A DNA stretch of 64,000 nucleotides from a bacterium (GCA_021779915.1 JAJXZR010000015.1:4521-68520); one strand, 5' to 3'; numbered from the stretch's first letter, positions 46,947 through 56,065 are shown. Notes: generated by a model from the letters alone, not told the origin. Numbers and translations: made by a program.

Positions 46947-48440
46947 TTACTCAATCACAATATCTTCCTTTAACTTCCTCTCTGGAATATCAATCCACAA
47001 GGCGGCGACAGCACCAACAAAAAGTACGATGGATGCCACAACAAACACCGTGCCATAAGCCTCTACCTGACCTTTAAGAATCATCAACGCAGTCGCAGTT
47101 TTATAAACGATTGGATCGAAAGAGTGAATTGAAGAATATTTTGCAATGTTTAGAACGTTAGCTTCTTCCGATTTTTGCAAAATCGTACCAAAAACTGCAA
47201 TTCCAAAGGCCCCAGCGATATTTCTAGCTAAAGCTAAAATCGAAGAGGCAATTCCTATTTCATTCTGCGGTACGATAGAGGCAATAGCATTAGTTCTCTG
47301 CGCCATTCCAAACCCTATCCCAAAAGCCATAACGGCCAGAGGTAAAATTATAGCCAAGGCTCCGGAACGAGGGTCTAGGTAAGAAAATAAAAATAATCCT
47401 ATTCCCGCTACAAAAGTGCTGGAGGCAATCACATACTTGGGTCTCACTCTCCCAGTTAAGTTACCTCCTATTGGAGCAGCAATCATCAAGGCTGCCGCCA
47501 TTGGCATAAATAGATACCCCGTTTGAGTTGCATCATAACCAAGAAAAGTCTGAGCAAAAATCGGAATCAAAAAGATCCCACCCATCATCCCCATAAAGAC
47601 GACAAAATTGTTTCCTAGGGTATTTACAAAAGCACTGATTTTGAAAAATTTTAAATCCACTATCGGTTCAGGGCTGTTGTTTTCAATTCTAATAAAGATA
47701 AAGGTAAAGATGATCGTCACTAGATAAGCAAGAAAGCTGTTTAAGGAGAACCAACCCCAACTCAGTCCTTTGTCCAAGACTAAAACCAAAGAAGAAAGAG
47801 CTATTCCCAATGCTATCGCTCCCCACCAATCAAAAACAACTGTTTTTTTCTCAGAAACAGATTCTTTGACATAAGCTATAGCCATCAAAAGACCGATTAT
47901 TCCGATTGGCAAATTAATAAGAAAGACTGATCGCCAGCCAAAATTATCAATGAGAGGTCCTCCTATAAGGGGACCAAAAACCGCTGCTGCCGCAAAAGAA
48001 GACGACCAGATCCCGAGTGCCTGGGCTCTTTCTCTCCCTTCCTTAAAAGTAATCGCGATAATCGCCATAGCAGTGGGGTAATCGGCCGAACCAGCAATAG
48101 CCTGAATCACCCGAAAAACAATCATCGAAGACAAGTTCCAAGCAAATCCCGCCAAAATTGATCCGAAAATAAAAAGTCCAAACCCCAGCATATAAATCTT
48201 TTTTCGCCCCAAAGTATCTCCCAGCTTGCCCCAAATCGGTACAAAAACAGCATTGGCAAGAATATAAGCCGTTGCAATCCAACCAGCTGAAGAAACAGTA
48301 ATCCCAAAGTCATTGATAATTTTTGGAAGCGCCAAACTAACGATCGTCTGATCTAACCTACCCAAAAACGTCCCAATAATCACGGTAAAAAGAATCAACC
48401 AACGAGCTTTGTCAATTTTAGTTTTCTTTGGAGTAGACAT
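46947..48440 (-). CDS. DHA2/EmrB-family MFS transporter
   Basis: LDQTIV, WIATAY, GKLGDTLGRKK, GWRSVFLINLPIG; likely start ATG 48440. Confidence 0.92.
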   Translation of the reverse strand: MSTPKKTKIDKARWLILFTVIIGTFLGRLDQTIVSLALPKIINDFGITVSSAGWIATAYILANAVFVPIWGKLGDTLGRKKIYMLGFGLFIFGSILAGFAWNLSSMIVFRVIQAIAGSADYPTAMAIIAITFKEGRERAQALGIWSSSFAAAAVFGPLIGGPLIDNFGWRSVFLINLPIGIIGLLMAIAYVKESVSEKKTVVFDWWGAIALGIALSSLVLVLDKGLSWGWFSLNSFLAYLVTIIFTFIFIRIENNSPEPIVDLKFFKISAFVNTLGNNFVVFMGMMGGIFLIPIFAQTFLGYDATQTGYLFMPMAAALMIAAPIGGNLTGRVRPKYVIASSTFVAGIGLFLFSYLDPRSGALAIILPLAVMAFGIGFGMAQRTNAIASIVPQNEIGIASSILALARNIAGAFGIAVFGTILQKSEEANVLNIAKYSSIHSFDPIVYKTATALMILKGQVEAYGTVFVVASIVLFVGAVAALWIDIPERKLKEDIVIE

Positions 48441-48482
48441 TAAAACTGTATTTAATAGTGGAAGAACTTTCAGTTTGTTCAA

Positions 48483-48513
48483 GTGTCATCCCGGGCTTGA
48501 CCCGGGATGACAC
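48483..48513. repeat. Collapsed single-hairpin REP element
   Basis: GTGTCATCCCGGG-CTTGA-CCCGGGATGACAC. Confidence 0.9.
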
Positions 48514-48535
48514 AGGACGCAGGCGTTGCTCAAAA

Positions 48536-49213
48536 TTAGTCCTTATACACCCAATTCTTGGTCGACATTCCATTCTTAAGCTCTGGATAAGACAAAGTGT
48601 CGAAGCGGATTTTGACGTCAAATTGGTTCTCTTGGCGTTGATCGGAAATGTTGAACACTACGTCAGATTGTCTCGATGTAGCCCCGACTTCATCTACAAT
48701 TCCAACGTACTGTTTTCCTGGGAAAGCATCTACCGTAAAAAAAGCTTTCTGCCCAACCTTAATCTCGTTGAGACCTTTGTCTTCTTCTATTTGCGCATCA
48801 ACTCTTAAATCTTTTGGGTCAATACAAGTTATTACCGTTTCTCCGGGAGCAAAAATCTTCCCAACGCTATTATCCACTTTAACCACAATTCCAGCTTTTT
48901 TCGCTTTAACTAGCCCGTTTCCCACCTGCGCTACTGTTTCATTTTCCGTGACAGAGTCCCCCTCTTTCACAAAAACCTTTTCCAACTTGCCGGAATCAGT
49001 GGAAGACAAATCAATCATTGTAGCCATCACCACTCCTTTATCAATATAAACCTGGTTAGAAGTGGCATATAAATACACCAAGGCGACTATCCCGGCAACA
49101 GCAAACAAGACTATAGCGAGTCTCATCAACAAATTACGATTTTTTGGTTTTTCTAAATCTTCTATAATCTCTTCCTCCTGTTTGGAAGTATGTTTTGAAG
49201 GATTTTTTGCCAT
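48536..49213 (-). CDS. Short EmrA/HlyD-family protein
   Basis: TM, lipoyl half-motifs, IKVGQKAFFTVDAFPG. Confidence 0.8.
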   Translation of the reverse strand: MAKNPSKHTSKQEEEIIEDLEKPKNRNLLMRLAIVLFAVAGIVALVYLYATSNQVYIDKGVVMATMIDLSSTDSGKLEKVFVKEGDSVTENETVAQVGNGLVKAKKAGIVVKVDNSVGKIFAPGETVITCIDPKDLRVDAQIEEDKGLNEIKVGQKAFFTVDAFPGKQYVGIVDEVGATSRQSDVVFNISDQRQENQFDVKIRFDTLSYPELKNGMSTKNWVYKD

Positions 49214-49226
49214 AATAATTCAAAAA

Positions 49227-50303
49227 TTAAAATTTATTTGCTAAGACAAGTATGTTTTCGCCTTGAGACAATCCCGATATTACTTCAACCATTTGGTGAT
49301 CACCATAAATCCCAAGATTTACCTCCGTCTTTTCGAACTTTCCACTATTGTCTTTGTAAACATAATTTTTATCATTTTCTCTAAAAACAGCACTTACTGG
49401 AATCAACAAAACATTGTTCTTGTTATCGCCAGAAGCTTTTATATTTACATCCATCCCCGAACGAAGATCCAAATTCTTATTATCAAACTCCAAAGTGACT
49501 TTGTATTCTGAGACACTGTTTCCTGTTTTTTCCGCCGGATCAATAGAATTAACTTTTGCTTCAATTTGATTTGATCCTAGAGCATCAAAAGAAATTTTGG
49601 CTATTTCTCCCACTGAAATTTTTTCTAGATCTAATTGAGAAACCTCCGCCTCAATTTTGAAGTCATTGTCACTGATTAAAGTGATGATAGGAGTTCCCAC
49701 CGATGCCACCTCGCCAACTTTACTGTCCTGCCACGATATCACGCCAGAGAAGGGAGCTCTGATTATCGTTTGGTCGATTTGGTTCTGGATGTTTTCCAAG
49801 TTAGTTTCGGCTGCTTTAATCTGATACTCCTGGGCATCGATCGCCTCTTTACTTAGCTTAATTTGCTGGTCTTGAATTTTTTTGTCAGTCGATTTGACCG
49901 TGGCATCATTTTTCATTCCTTTCCTCTTTAATTCTGCCTGCTTTTGAGTTTTTTCCAGCTGATCAAGATACTCTTTGGCACTGAAAACTCCAAACTCAGC
50001 CTGTTTGTACTGGTATGCTAAATCAGAATTATCGACTTGCGCCAGTTCATCGCCTTTTTGTACCTTATCACCCGTTTGATAATTCAACTTTATAATCTGC
50101 CCCCCCACCTGAAAACCAAGATTGGCCGTATCTTTGGGAACGATTTTCCCAGAAAAACTGAGGGATCCATTTATATTTCCTCTCTCCACTGCCATACTGG
50201 AGAAAACCGGTCGCAAGGAAAGTCTTTGGTAGGTAACATAGGAAGTTACTGCACCAGCCAAAACAATCAAAACAACGATGGTCCAAAAAGTTTTTTTATT
50301 CAT
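49227..50303 (-). CDS. RND/HlyD-family membrane fusion protein
   Basis: GDKVQKGD, IRAPFSG, LRSGM, VEVISGL. Confidence 0.88.
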   Translation of the reverse strand: MNKKTFWTIVVLIVLAGAVTSYVTYQRLSLRPVFSSMAVERGNINGSLSFSGKIVPKDTANLGFQVGGQIIKLNYQTGDKVQKGDELAQVDNSDLAYQYKQAEFGVFSAKEYLDQLEKTQKQAELKRKGMKNDATVKSTDKKIQDQQIKLSKEAIDAQEYQIKAAETNLENIQNQIDQTIIRAPFSGVISWQDSKVGEVASVGTPIITLISDNDFKIEAEVSQLDLEKISVGEIAKISFDALGSNQIEAKVNSIDPAEKTGNSVSEYKVTLEFDNKNLDLRSGMDVNIKASGDNKNNVLLIPVSAVFRENDKNYVYKDNSGKFEKTEVNLGIYGDHQMVEVISGLSQGENILVLANKF

Positions 50304-50376
50304 TGTGATTAAGTTAAAAAGGTTGAAAGAAAATTAGACTTGTATTCTTCACGTCTCTTGCGTTCCGCTTTTTCCT

Positions 50377-50530
50377 GTGCCATCCTCGGCGTGTCGACCG
50401 GGGATCCAGGAGGGTAGTATTAATCTAATAGAATGTTATTATGTTTAGTTTATTAACGATACGCACTAGGCGATAATTCTATCAGTCTAATCCTATTTCC
50501 TGGATCCCCGCTCGGGGGTGGGGATGACAC
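50377..50530. repeat. REP-doublet element, type B (diverged)
   Basis: GTGCCATCCTCGGCGTGTCGACCGGGGATCCAG ... CTGGATCCCCGCTCGGGGGTGGGGATGACAC. Confidence 0.85.
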
Positions 50531-50609
50531 GTGGAATTGCTCTATTTCTCATTTATATTTAGTTTTGGAAATTTTATTAGATAAATTAGAAATTAGATGA
50601 ATCAGATTT

Positions 50610-51053
50610 TTATAGCTCGCTCTTCGTCATCTTCTCTAAGATCCTAATTAAGTCTTCCTGCTCGCTCACAGAGAGATTTTCCAGCCCTTTTTTCATTTTT
50701 TGAAGCGATTCTGTTATGGTTTTTTCCAAATATCTTTCTCCTTTTTTTGTAATCGCAATACAAACAACTCTTCTGTCTTCTTCACTAATTTCTCTCTTAA
50801 CCATCCCTAGCCAAATCAAATGGTCTACAAGTGCTGTTACGGATGGGGGAGTAACGGAAAGAAACCCGGCAATATCCTTCATTTGAGGGGATTTTTCCTT
50901 AATAAATCGAAGCAACACAAACTGTACAAAGGACAGGCTTTTTTTAGACTTCCCGACGCCATCCAGTCCCGAAAACATTCTTTTAGCCGTAAAAATCAAA
51001 GAAATAATTTCGCCTATCCGATCCTTTTCCCTCATTTCTCTTGGTTTAATCAT
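50610..51053 (-). CDS. MarR-family regulator
   Basis: DIAGFLSVTPPSVTALVDHL, EDRRV..ITKKG. Confidence 0.9.
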   Translation of the reverse strand: MIKPREMREKDRIGEIISLIFTAKRMFSGLDGVGKSKKSLSFVQFVLLRFIKEKSPQMKDIAGFLSVTPPSVTALVDHLIWLGMVKREISEEDRRVVCIAITKKGERYLEKTITESLQKMKKGLENLSVSEQEDLIRILEKMTKSEL

Positions 51054-51064
51054 TATTTTCAAAT

Positions 51065-51083
51065 TAGTTAGTCTATCTAACTA
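51065..51083. promoter_or_regulatory. Candidate MarR operator TAGTTAG-N5-CTAACTA
   Basis: Inverted repeat immediately upstream of the marR start. Confidence 0.55.
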
Positions 51084-51118
51084 TTAGTTTTTCTAATTTG
51101 TCTTTTTTGGTTTGTCAA

Positions 51119-51146
51119 GTAGGGGCGAATAATTATTCGCCCCTAC
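51119..51146. repeat. GTAG-family REP, perfect 28-bp palindrome between divergent TTGACA boxes
   Basis: GTAGGGGCGAATAATTATTCGCCCCTAC. Confidence 0.85.
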
Positions 51147-51223
51147 AATATTGACAAAAACCTGTTCCCATGGTTATCTGTCCGAAGAAAAGTTCTTTAA
51201 ATGTTTGGTCAAGGAGGATAGCA

Positions 51224-51517
51224 ATGAGTAGCGATAGCGATATTGAAATAAACGCACGCTTCTTAGATCTGTATAGCAGAACCTACAACGAAGCGGTTTT
51301 TCCGGGAGAAAAGTTGAGGAAAGAAAATCAAAAGATTCGAGCTGAGTTGATTCAGCTACTGCGTAGGCTTGGGGAAGAAAAAAGATTTAGTGAAGAAAAA
51401 TACCTAGCCGCAGGAATCATTGACCACGTGTCGCCAGAAACCCTGAAAAAGGAATCTGAAGACGAGGAATCCACTAACTTTTTAGTGGCCAGCTATTTCT
51501 TAAAAAGAAAATATTAA
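51224..51517 (+). CDS. Hypothetical protein
   Basis: AAGGAGG SD; hairpin AAAAAGCCTTGG..CCAAGGCTTTTT downstream. Confidence 0.6.
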   Translation: MSSDSDIEINARFLDLYSRTYNEAVFPGEKLRKENQKIRAELIQLLRRLGEEKRFSEEKYLAAGIIDHVSPETLKKESEDEESTNFLVASYFLKRKY

Positions 51518-51601
51518 ACCAAAAAAGCCTTGGAGAAAAATCACCAAGGCTTTTTAAATTAAAAATTCTGTTATACTCATAACATTAAAACCAAACATTC
51601 C

Positions 51602-51973
51602 ATGTTCTCCATTTCTCAAGAACAATTCGAATCAATCGCCCAAGAATCTTTCCTGGAGATTCCCAAGAAGTTTAGAAATGAAATGAAAAATGTTGCCATC
51701 GTTATCCAAGATTTTCCCACTCCTAAGCAGTTGGAGAAACTTAAAATACGCAACAATTCCTTGCTCCTAGGACTTTATGAAGGAGTTCCTCAAACAAAGC
51801 GGTGGGGAAGGGGGCAAACGTTTCCTGATAAAATAACTATTTTCAAAAACTCTATTGAACTTCTTTCTAATTCGGAAGAAGATTTAAAGAAACTGGTAAA
51901 AAATACCATTGAACACGAAATCGCCCACCATTTTGGAATGAACGAAGAAGAGGTGAGAAGAGCAAAGAGATGA
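51602..51973 (+). CDS. Zincin-like metallopeptidase (Zincin_1)
   Basis: LLGLYEGVP, PDKITIF, HEIAHHFG. Confidence 0.9.
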   Translation: MFSISQEQFESIAQESFLEIPKKFRNEMKNVAIVIQDFPTPKQLEKLKIRNNSLLLGLYEGVPQTKRWGRGQTFPDKITIFKNSIELLSNSEEDLKKLVKNTIEHEIAHHFGMNEEEVRRAKR

Positions 51974-51980
51974 GGGAGGG

Positions 51981-52123
51981 AATGACGAAATCCGAATGAC
52001 GAATGACAAATGACAAATCAATCACAAATATCGAATATCAAAAAAATTTTGAGATTTGCCTGCCTGCCGGTAGGCAGGGATTTTAGATTTGATTTGTCAT
52101 TCGTCATTTGAAATTTGTCATTT
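51981..52123. repeat. 7-mer-repeat hairpin with an inserted CCTGCCTGCCGGTAGGCAGG palindrome (52059-52078)
   Basis: Related to 45987-46118, which lacks the insert. Confidence 0.8.
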
Positions 52124-52147
52124 AAATTATATCTGAGCGGATAATAT

Positions 52148-52179
52148 AAAAAGAGCCGGGAAAATCCCGGCTCTTTTTT
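52148..52179. terminator. Bidirectional intrinsic terminator
   Basis: AAAAAGAGCCGGG-AAAAT-CCCGGCTCTTTTT between convergent genes. Confidence 0.85.
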
Positions 52180-52206
52180 ATTTTACGCAATTCTTAAATG
52201 CCAGTC

Positions 52207-53442
52207 TTAATCTACAAAAGTCACGGCTTGACCCTTGTTGTTAGCTCGACCGGTTCGTCCGATTCTGTGGATATAGTCGTCATAGGTATCCGGAAGATCA
52301 AAATTGATGACATGCGTCACGTCAGCAATATCGAGACCTCTAGCTGCTACATCAGTAGCTACTAAGATGTCCACTCGATCCATTTTGAAAAGATTAAGTG
52401 CTTGTTGTCTTTTATGCTGATTCTTGTCTCCGTGAATGGACTGAACTCGAAACCCTTTAGTATAAAGAGTTTGGGAAAGTTTTTCCACTCCAATTTTGGT
52501 CTTTCCAAAAATCAATACTTTCTTGTATTCTTCCTTAATAAGAAGGTTATGCAACATTTCGATTTTTTCTGTATAGCCATTTACCTTGACTACTTCTTGT
52601 TTCACATTAGCCGCTGTTTCTCCCGTCTTGACTGAAACAGTCACTGGATTTCGTAGAAATTCCTTAATTACACTTTCCACTTTCCCTTCAATTGTTGCCG
52701 AAAAGAAAAGTGACTGCCTTTCCTTAGGAAGAAAGCTGAGAAGATGTTTGATATCTTTGAAAAATCCGATATCGAACATTCTGTCCACTTCGTCCAGCAC
52801 AACATTCTGAAAACCTGAAAGATCCAGAATTCTTCTTTCGATCAAATCTTTGAGCCTTCCCGGTGTTCCAATAACAAAATTGTGGTTCCGTTTTAGGTTC
52901 CAGATTTGCCTTCCGATATTAGCTCCGCCAAAACAAGCCACCGACCAAATTCCCAGCCCATAGGCAAAACCTTTGAATTCATCCTCAATTTGAAGGGCTA
53001 ATTCTCTGGTCGGAGTAATAATAATCACTTTTTGCGTTTTATCCTTCAACACTTTGTTAATAAGAGGAATAAGGAAAGCAGCTGTTTTGCCAGTTCCCGT
53101 ATTAGCGACTCCCACTAAATCTTTCCCTTCCAATATCTTCGGAATTGATTGGTCTTGAATCGGAGTCGGATCAATATACCCCTTTTTTGCAATGTTGTTG
53201 TGTAACTTTGCATCTACTCTAAAATCCGCAAATTTATTTCTGGTAACATAAGGTTTTTCTTCTACTTGCTTTTGTGAAGCTCGATTGATAAACTGCGAGA
53301 TATCAATCTTGGCTCGCTGAGGCTTTCTTCGTCCATAAAAACGTGCCCCACCAAAAGTGGCTCTGGGTGCGCCAAAATTTCTTCGGCTTCCGAAACCGCC
53401 TCTGTTAGATCCATAAGATCTGCCTGTTGATTTTCCATACAT
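52207..53442 (-). CDS. DEAD-box RNA helicase
   Basis: PTPIQ, TGTGKT, PTRELA, TPGRL, DEVD, SAT, ARGLD, HRIGRTGR. Confidence 0.95.
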   Translation of the reverse strand: MYGKSTGRSYGSNRGGFGSRRNFGAPRATFGGARFYGRRKPQRAKIDISQFINRASQKQVEEKPYVTRNKFADFRVDAKLHNNIAKKGYIDPTPIQDQSIPKILEGKDLVGVANTGTGKTAAFLIPLINKVLKDKTQKVIIITPTRELALQIEDEFKGFAYGLGIWSVACFGGANIGRQIWNLKRNHNFVIGTPGRLKDLIERRILDLSGFQNVVLDEVDRMFDIGFFKDIKHLLSFLPKERQSLFFSATIEGKVESVIKEFLRNPVTVSVKTGETAANVKQEVVKVNGYTEKIEMLHNLLIKEEYKKVLIFGKTKIGVEKLSQTLYTKGFRVQSIHGDKNQHKRQQALNLFKMDRVDILVATDVAARGLDIADVTHVINFDLPDTYDDYIHRIGRTGRANNKGQAVTFVD

Positions 53443-53807
53443 ACTTGGTAATTTAAAATTAAATTTAAATTGCCCAAATTAATACGCGAAATAATTTCTC
53501 AAAAAATAACTAGATTCCACTAAGGTTTTATGAGAATACAGTATAAAACCAGTCTAGGGAAAATATTTTTGAGATATTTTAGAAAAAAATTAGAAATTCC
53601 TAAATCAGTTTATATACTTTTCTTTTCGTATCAAAAAGAAACAATTTTTACTCGCGTACAGTAACACGCTTTTAAAAAAAATCAAGTTATTTAACATCTC
53701 CCCAGCATTTCTACATTGACATTCTGGCAAAATTGTTCTAAATCTAGAAGAGAATTGATCAATTTTCAATTAAGTTCCTTGAAAAATCTTTTATAGGAGT
53801 GTTTCGT

Positions 53808-54014
53808 ATGGGTAAAGATTTGGCAAAAAAATGGCAAAGGTTTACTAAACAAAAAGATCATTACTTGGATGACAAAACCAGGGAAATTTTGGCGGATACC
53901 CTGGAGGGTTTTGTTTTGCATATGAAAGATTGGTTCAGTCAGAACTACCACTACAACTGGACAGAATTTTTCAAATTGCCCAAAGAGAAACGACTAAGCC
54001 TTTTTTCCGCATGA
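53808..54014 (+). CDS. Small hypothetical protein
   Basis: TTGACA promoter and AGGAG SD upstream. Confidence 0.5.
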   Translation: MGKDLAKKWQRFTKQKDHYLDDKTREILADTLEGFVLHMKDWFSQNYHYNWTEFFKLPKEKRLSLFSA

Positions 54015-54130
54015 AAAATGCTGAAAAAGAAGCATATCAATACCGCTGTTTTAACAAAGTATACCAACAAACAGAAGATTAGTCTCAAAAATTCAAAAAG
54101 CCTGCAATTATTAATCGCAGGCTTTTATTT

Positions 54131-54625
54131 TTATCGGAGTTCGCTCTTTGTTAGCTTCAGGAGTTTCTTGAAATTCAAACAATCAATGTACTCTGTTAAA
54201 GTTTTTAGTTTCTCTTCAGGAACATCGGCAAGTCTGGCAAGCGCCAGCACATCATAAACATCTTCTTCTGCCAATAGTTTACTAAAGAAACCATTTTTAA
54301 TTTGCAATACCACTCTAACTACAACCTTTTCCATTGCTCGTTTATCATTTTTCCCCTTAATAAGCAATCTTAGGAGCCCTATCTTGGTAAAAAACCATTC
54401 GTACAAAAACTGTCCCATTAAACAGAAGGGGCTCACTATCAAAATTTTTGTCCACCAAGAACCTTCAAATTTTAGGGGTTTCATCCACCAGTCTGTTTCT
54501 GCCGACAAACTAGACGCCAAATACAGAGTTAACAACCAAAATACAAGAGCAATGCAAGCCACGCAGAGTATTCTCAAATACAACACGATACCTTCTTGTA
54601 TAGACTTTCGATAACATTCTTTCAT
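54131..54625 (-). CDS. Hypothetical membrane protein
   Basis: Two TMs; AGGAG SD; hairpin at about 54096-54127. Confidence 0.6.
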   Translation of the reverse strand: MKECYRKSIQEGIVLYLRILCVACIALVFWLLTLYLASSLSAETDWWMKPLKFEGSWWTKILIVSPFCLMGQFLYEWFFTKIGLLRLLIKGKNDKRAMEKVVVRVVLQIKNGFFSKLLAEEDVYDVLALARLADVPEEKLKTLTEYIDCLNFKKLLKLTKSELR

Positions 54626-54714
54626 CTTTATCTCCTGTTTTCCCAGATTTAAAAAGTACTAAAAAGCACTTCTGCTTTCTTTTGGACTGTTTTTACAGGA
54701 TAAGTTGGGTGCTG

Positions 54715-55344
54715 TCAAGACTCTCTGCTTTCCAGCATGTCTTCCTGTCCTTCAAGAACAGCCTCAAGATATGGTGCAATCACTTTAGGATCCCAGTCGG
54801 CCAGTGGCTTCAACTCCCATTCGCAGTTTTCATGCCCCATTCCCATACATTTCGGTTCTACGCACAAAATAGTATTCCCCCAAAAGGCAGTGCACCACCC
54901 CGCCGCATAACCCATCAAAGACCAACAGACTGGAAGGTTTCCTTTCTCATAATAAAGAAGATGTTGCTGGGCTTCGTAAGAATTTTTCCAGACACCGCTA
55001 AAATAAAATTGTTTGCTCAGATGGTCGATCTTGATTTCTTTCGGCGTTGCCTGAACGATTCCTTCCCAAGTATGGATAGTCGGACCAGACGCGAGGAGAT
55101 CATTCAAAGTATCAAATTTATAGTTGGCTCTTATTTCTAAAAAATCAGTGTATCCATTTTGATACCCGAATTTATAAAGCAACTTGCGGGCATTATCCAC
55201 CCCCACCTGTTTGATAATATTGTGCCGAAGAAGACCCATTGCTTTGGAACTGAGAATGATCAGCCGGCTATTGCCAAAAGAAGTAATTCCGTTGGCAAAA
55301 TCAAACTTGAGATTTTCCGGAAGATTAAAATCAGTGGCTTTCAT
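54715..55344 (-). CDS. Stand-alone XylR_N + V4R ligand-binding protein
   Basis: FGYQNG, LASGPTIHTWEG, WKNSYEA, VCWSLMGYAAGW, EPKCMGMGHENC. Confidence 0.85.
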   Translation of the reverse strand: MKATDFNLPENLKFDFANGITSFGNSRLIILSSKAMGLLRHNIIKQVGVDNARKLLYKFGYQNGYTDFLEIRANYKFDTLNDLLASGPTIHTWEGIVQATPKEIKIDHLSKQFYFSGVWKNSYEAQQHLLYYEKGNLPVCWSLMGYAAGWCTAFWGNTILCVEPKCMGMGHENCEWELKPLADWDPKVIAPYLEAVLEGQEDMLESRES

Positions 55345-55369
55345 GAGTTTTATTTTAAAAAAATTAAAA

Positions 55370-55585
55370 TTATTTCAACAGGGAAGAATAAGCGTTGGTA
55401 TAAGTGTCAAAAAGATTGATCAGCGCTGGCACTGCTAGAGCAATTCCGATAAGAGGCAAAACGAAAATAGCAACAGAAAAAATCGTTCTCCAATAAAAAT
55501 ACTTTCGGATTTTTTCCACCGAAAGATGGATCTCATCCAGCTTTTTCTCCTGAGCTTCCATCCTTTTTAAAATTTCTTCATCCAT
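55370..55585 (-). CDS. Small membrane protein
   Basis: SVEKIRKYF followed by a TM. Confidence 0.65.
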   Translation of the reverse strand: MDEEILKRMEAQEKKLDEIHLSVEKIRKYFYWRTIFSVAIFVLPLIGIALAVPALINLFDTYTNAYSSLLK

Positions 55586-55655
55586 TTTTTTGTTTTTAAA
55601 TTTACTTTTCTAATTTTAACATAAAAATAAATTTCCCCCACTTATAACTAATGGG

Positions 55656-55770
55656 ATCTATTTTAACAAGTTTGAAGATTTTTTGTTAATTTATTGTGAG
55701 GACCTGTCTGAGCGAAGCGAGTTGGGCAACAAGAAATTAACAAAAAATCTTCAAACTTGTTAAAATAGAT
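55656..55770. repeat. Long inverted repeat (37-bp perfect arms) around the core GAGGACCTGTCTGAGCGAAGCGAGTT
   Basis: 55656-55692 is the reverse complement of 55734-55770. Confidence 0.95.
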
Positions 55771-55864
55771 TCTTAATGAAACTGATGTATTTTAATCAAA
55801 GACACAAAATTAAAAACGCCCGCCTGAGGCGGACGTTTTTAATTTTTTGCAATAGGTAATTCGC

Positions 55865-56065
55865 TTAGATGCGAGAGACTTTGATTGCATTTGGTCCTTT
55901 CGGGCTTTCGCTTACCTCAAATTCGACTCTGTCGCCTTCTTTGAGATCATCGATTTCAACTCCCACGAGTTCTTTGGCATGGAAAAAGAGATCTTTTTCT
56001 CTGCCCTCAGCGGTAATGAAACCAAAACCACGATCGGTGATTTTTTTGATTGTACCTTGTTCCAT
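55865..56065 (-). CDS. Cold-shock domain protein
   Basis: RGFGFI, DLFFH, KGPNA; hairpin terminator at about 55808-55844. Confidence 0.92.
   Translation of the reverse strand: MEQGTIKKITDRGFGFITAEGREKDLFFHAKELVGVEIDDLKEGDRVEFEVSESPKGPNAIKVSRI

Noticed and set aside
10615-48808. Short ORFs overlapping REP elements (10615-10830, 35542-35760, 35840-36085, 46883-47077, 48418-48621, 48458-48808)
   Set aside because: Peptides such as WIPGQARDD and SRVKPGM are translations of the palindromes
1152-50530. REP doublets or 7-mer arrays as a CRISPR array
   Set aside because: Dispersed, inverted pairs with related interiors; no regularly spaced direct repeats with unique spacers and no cas genes
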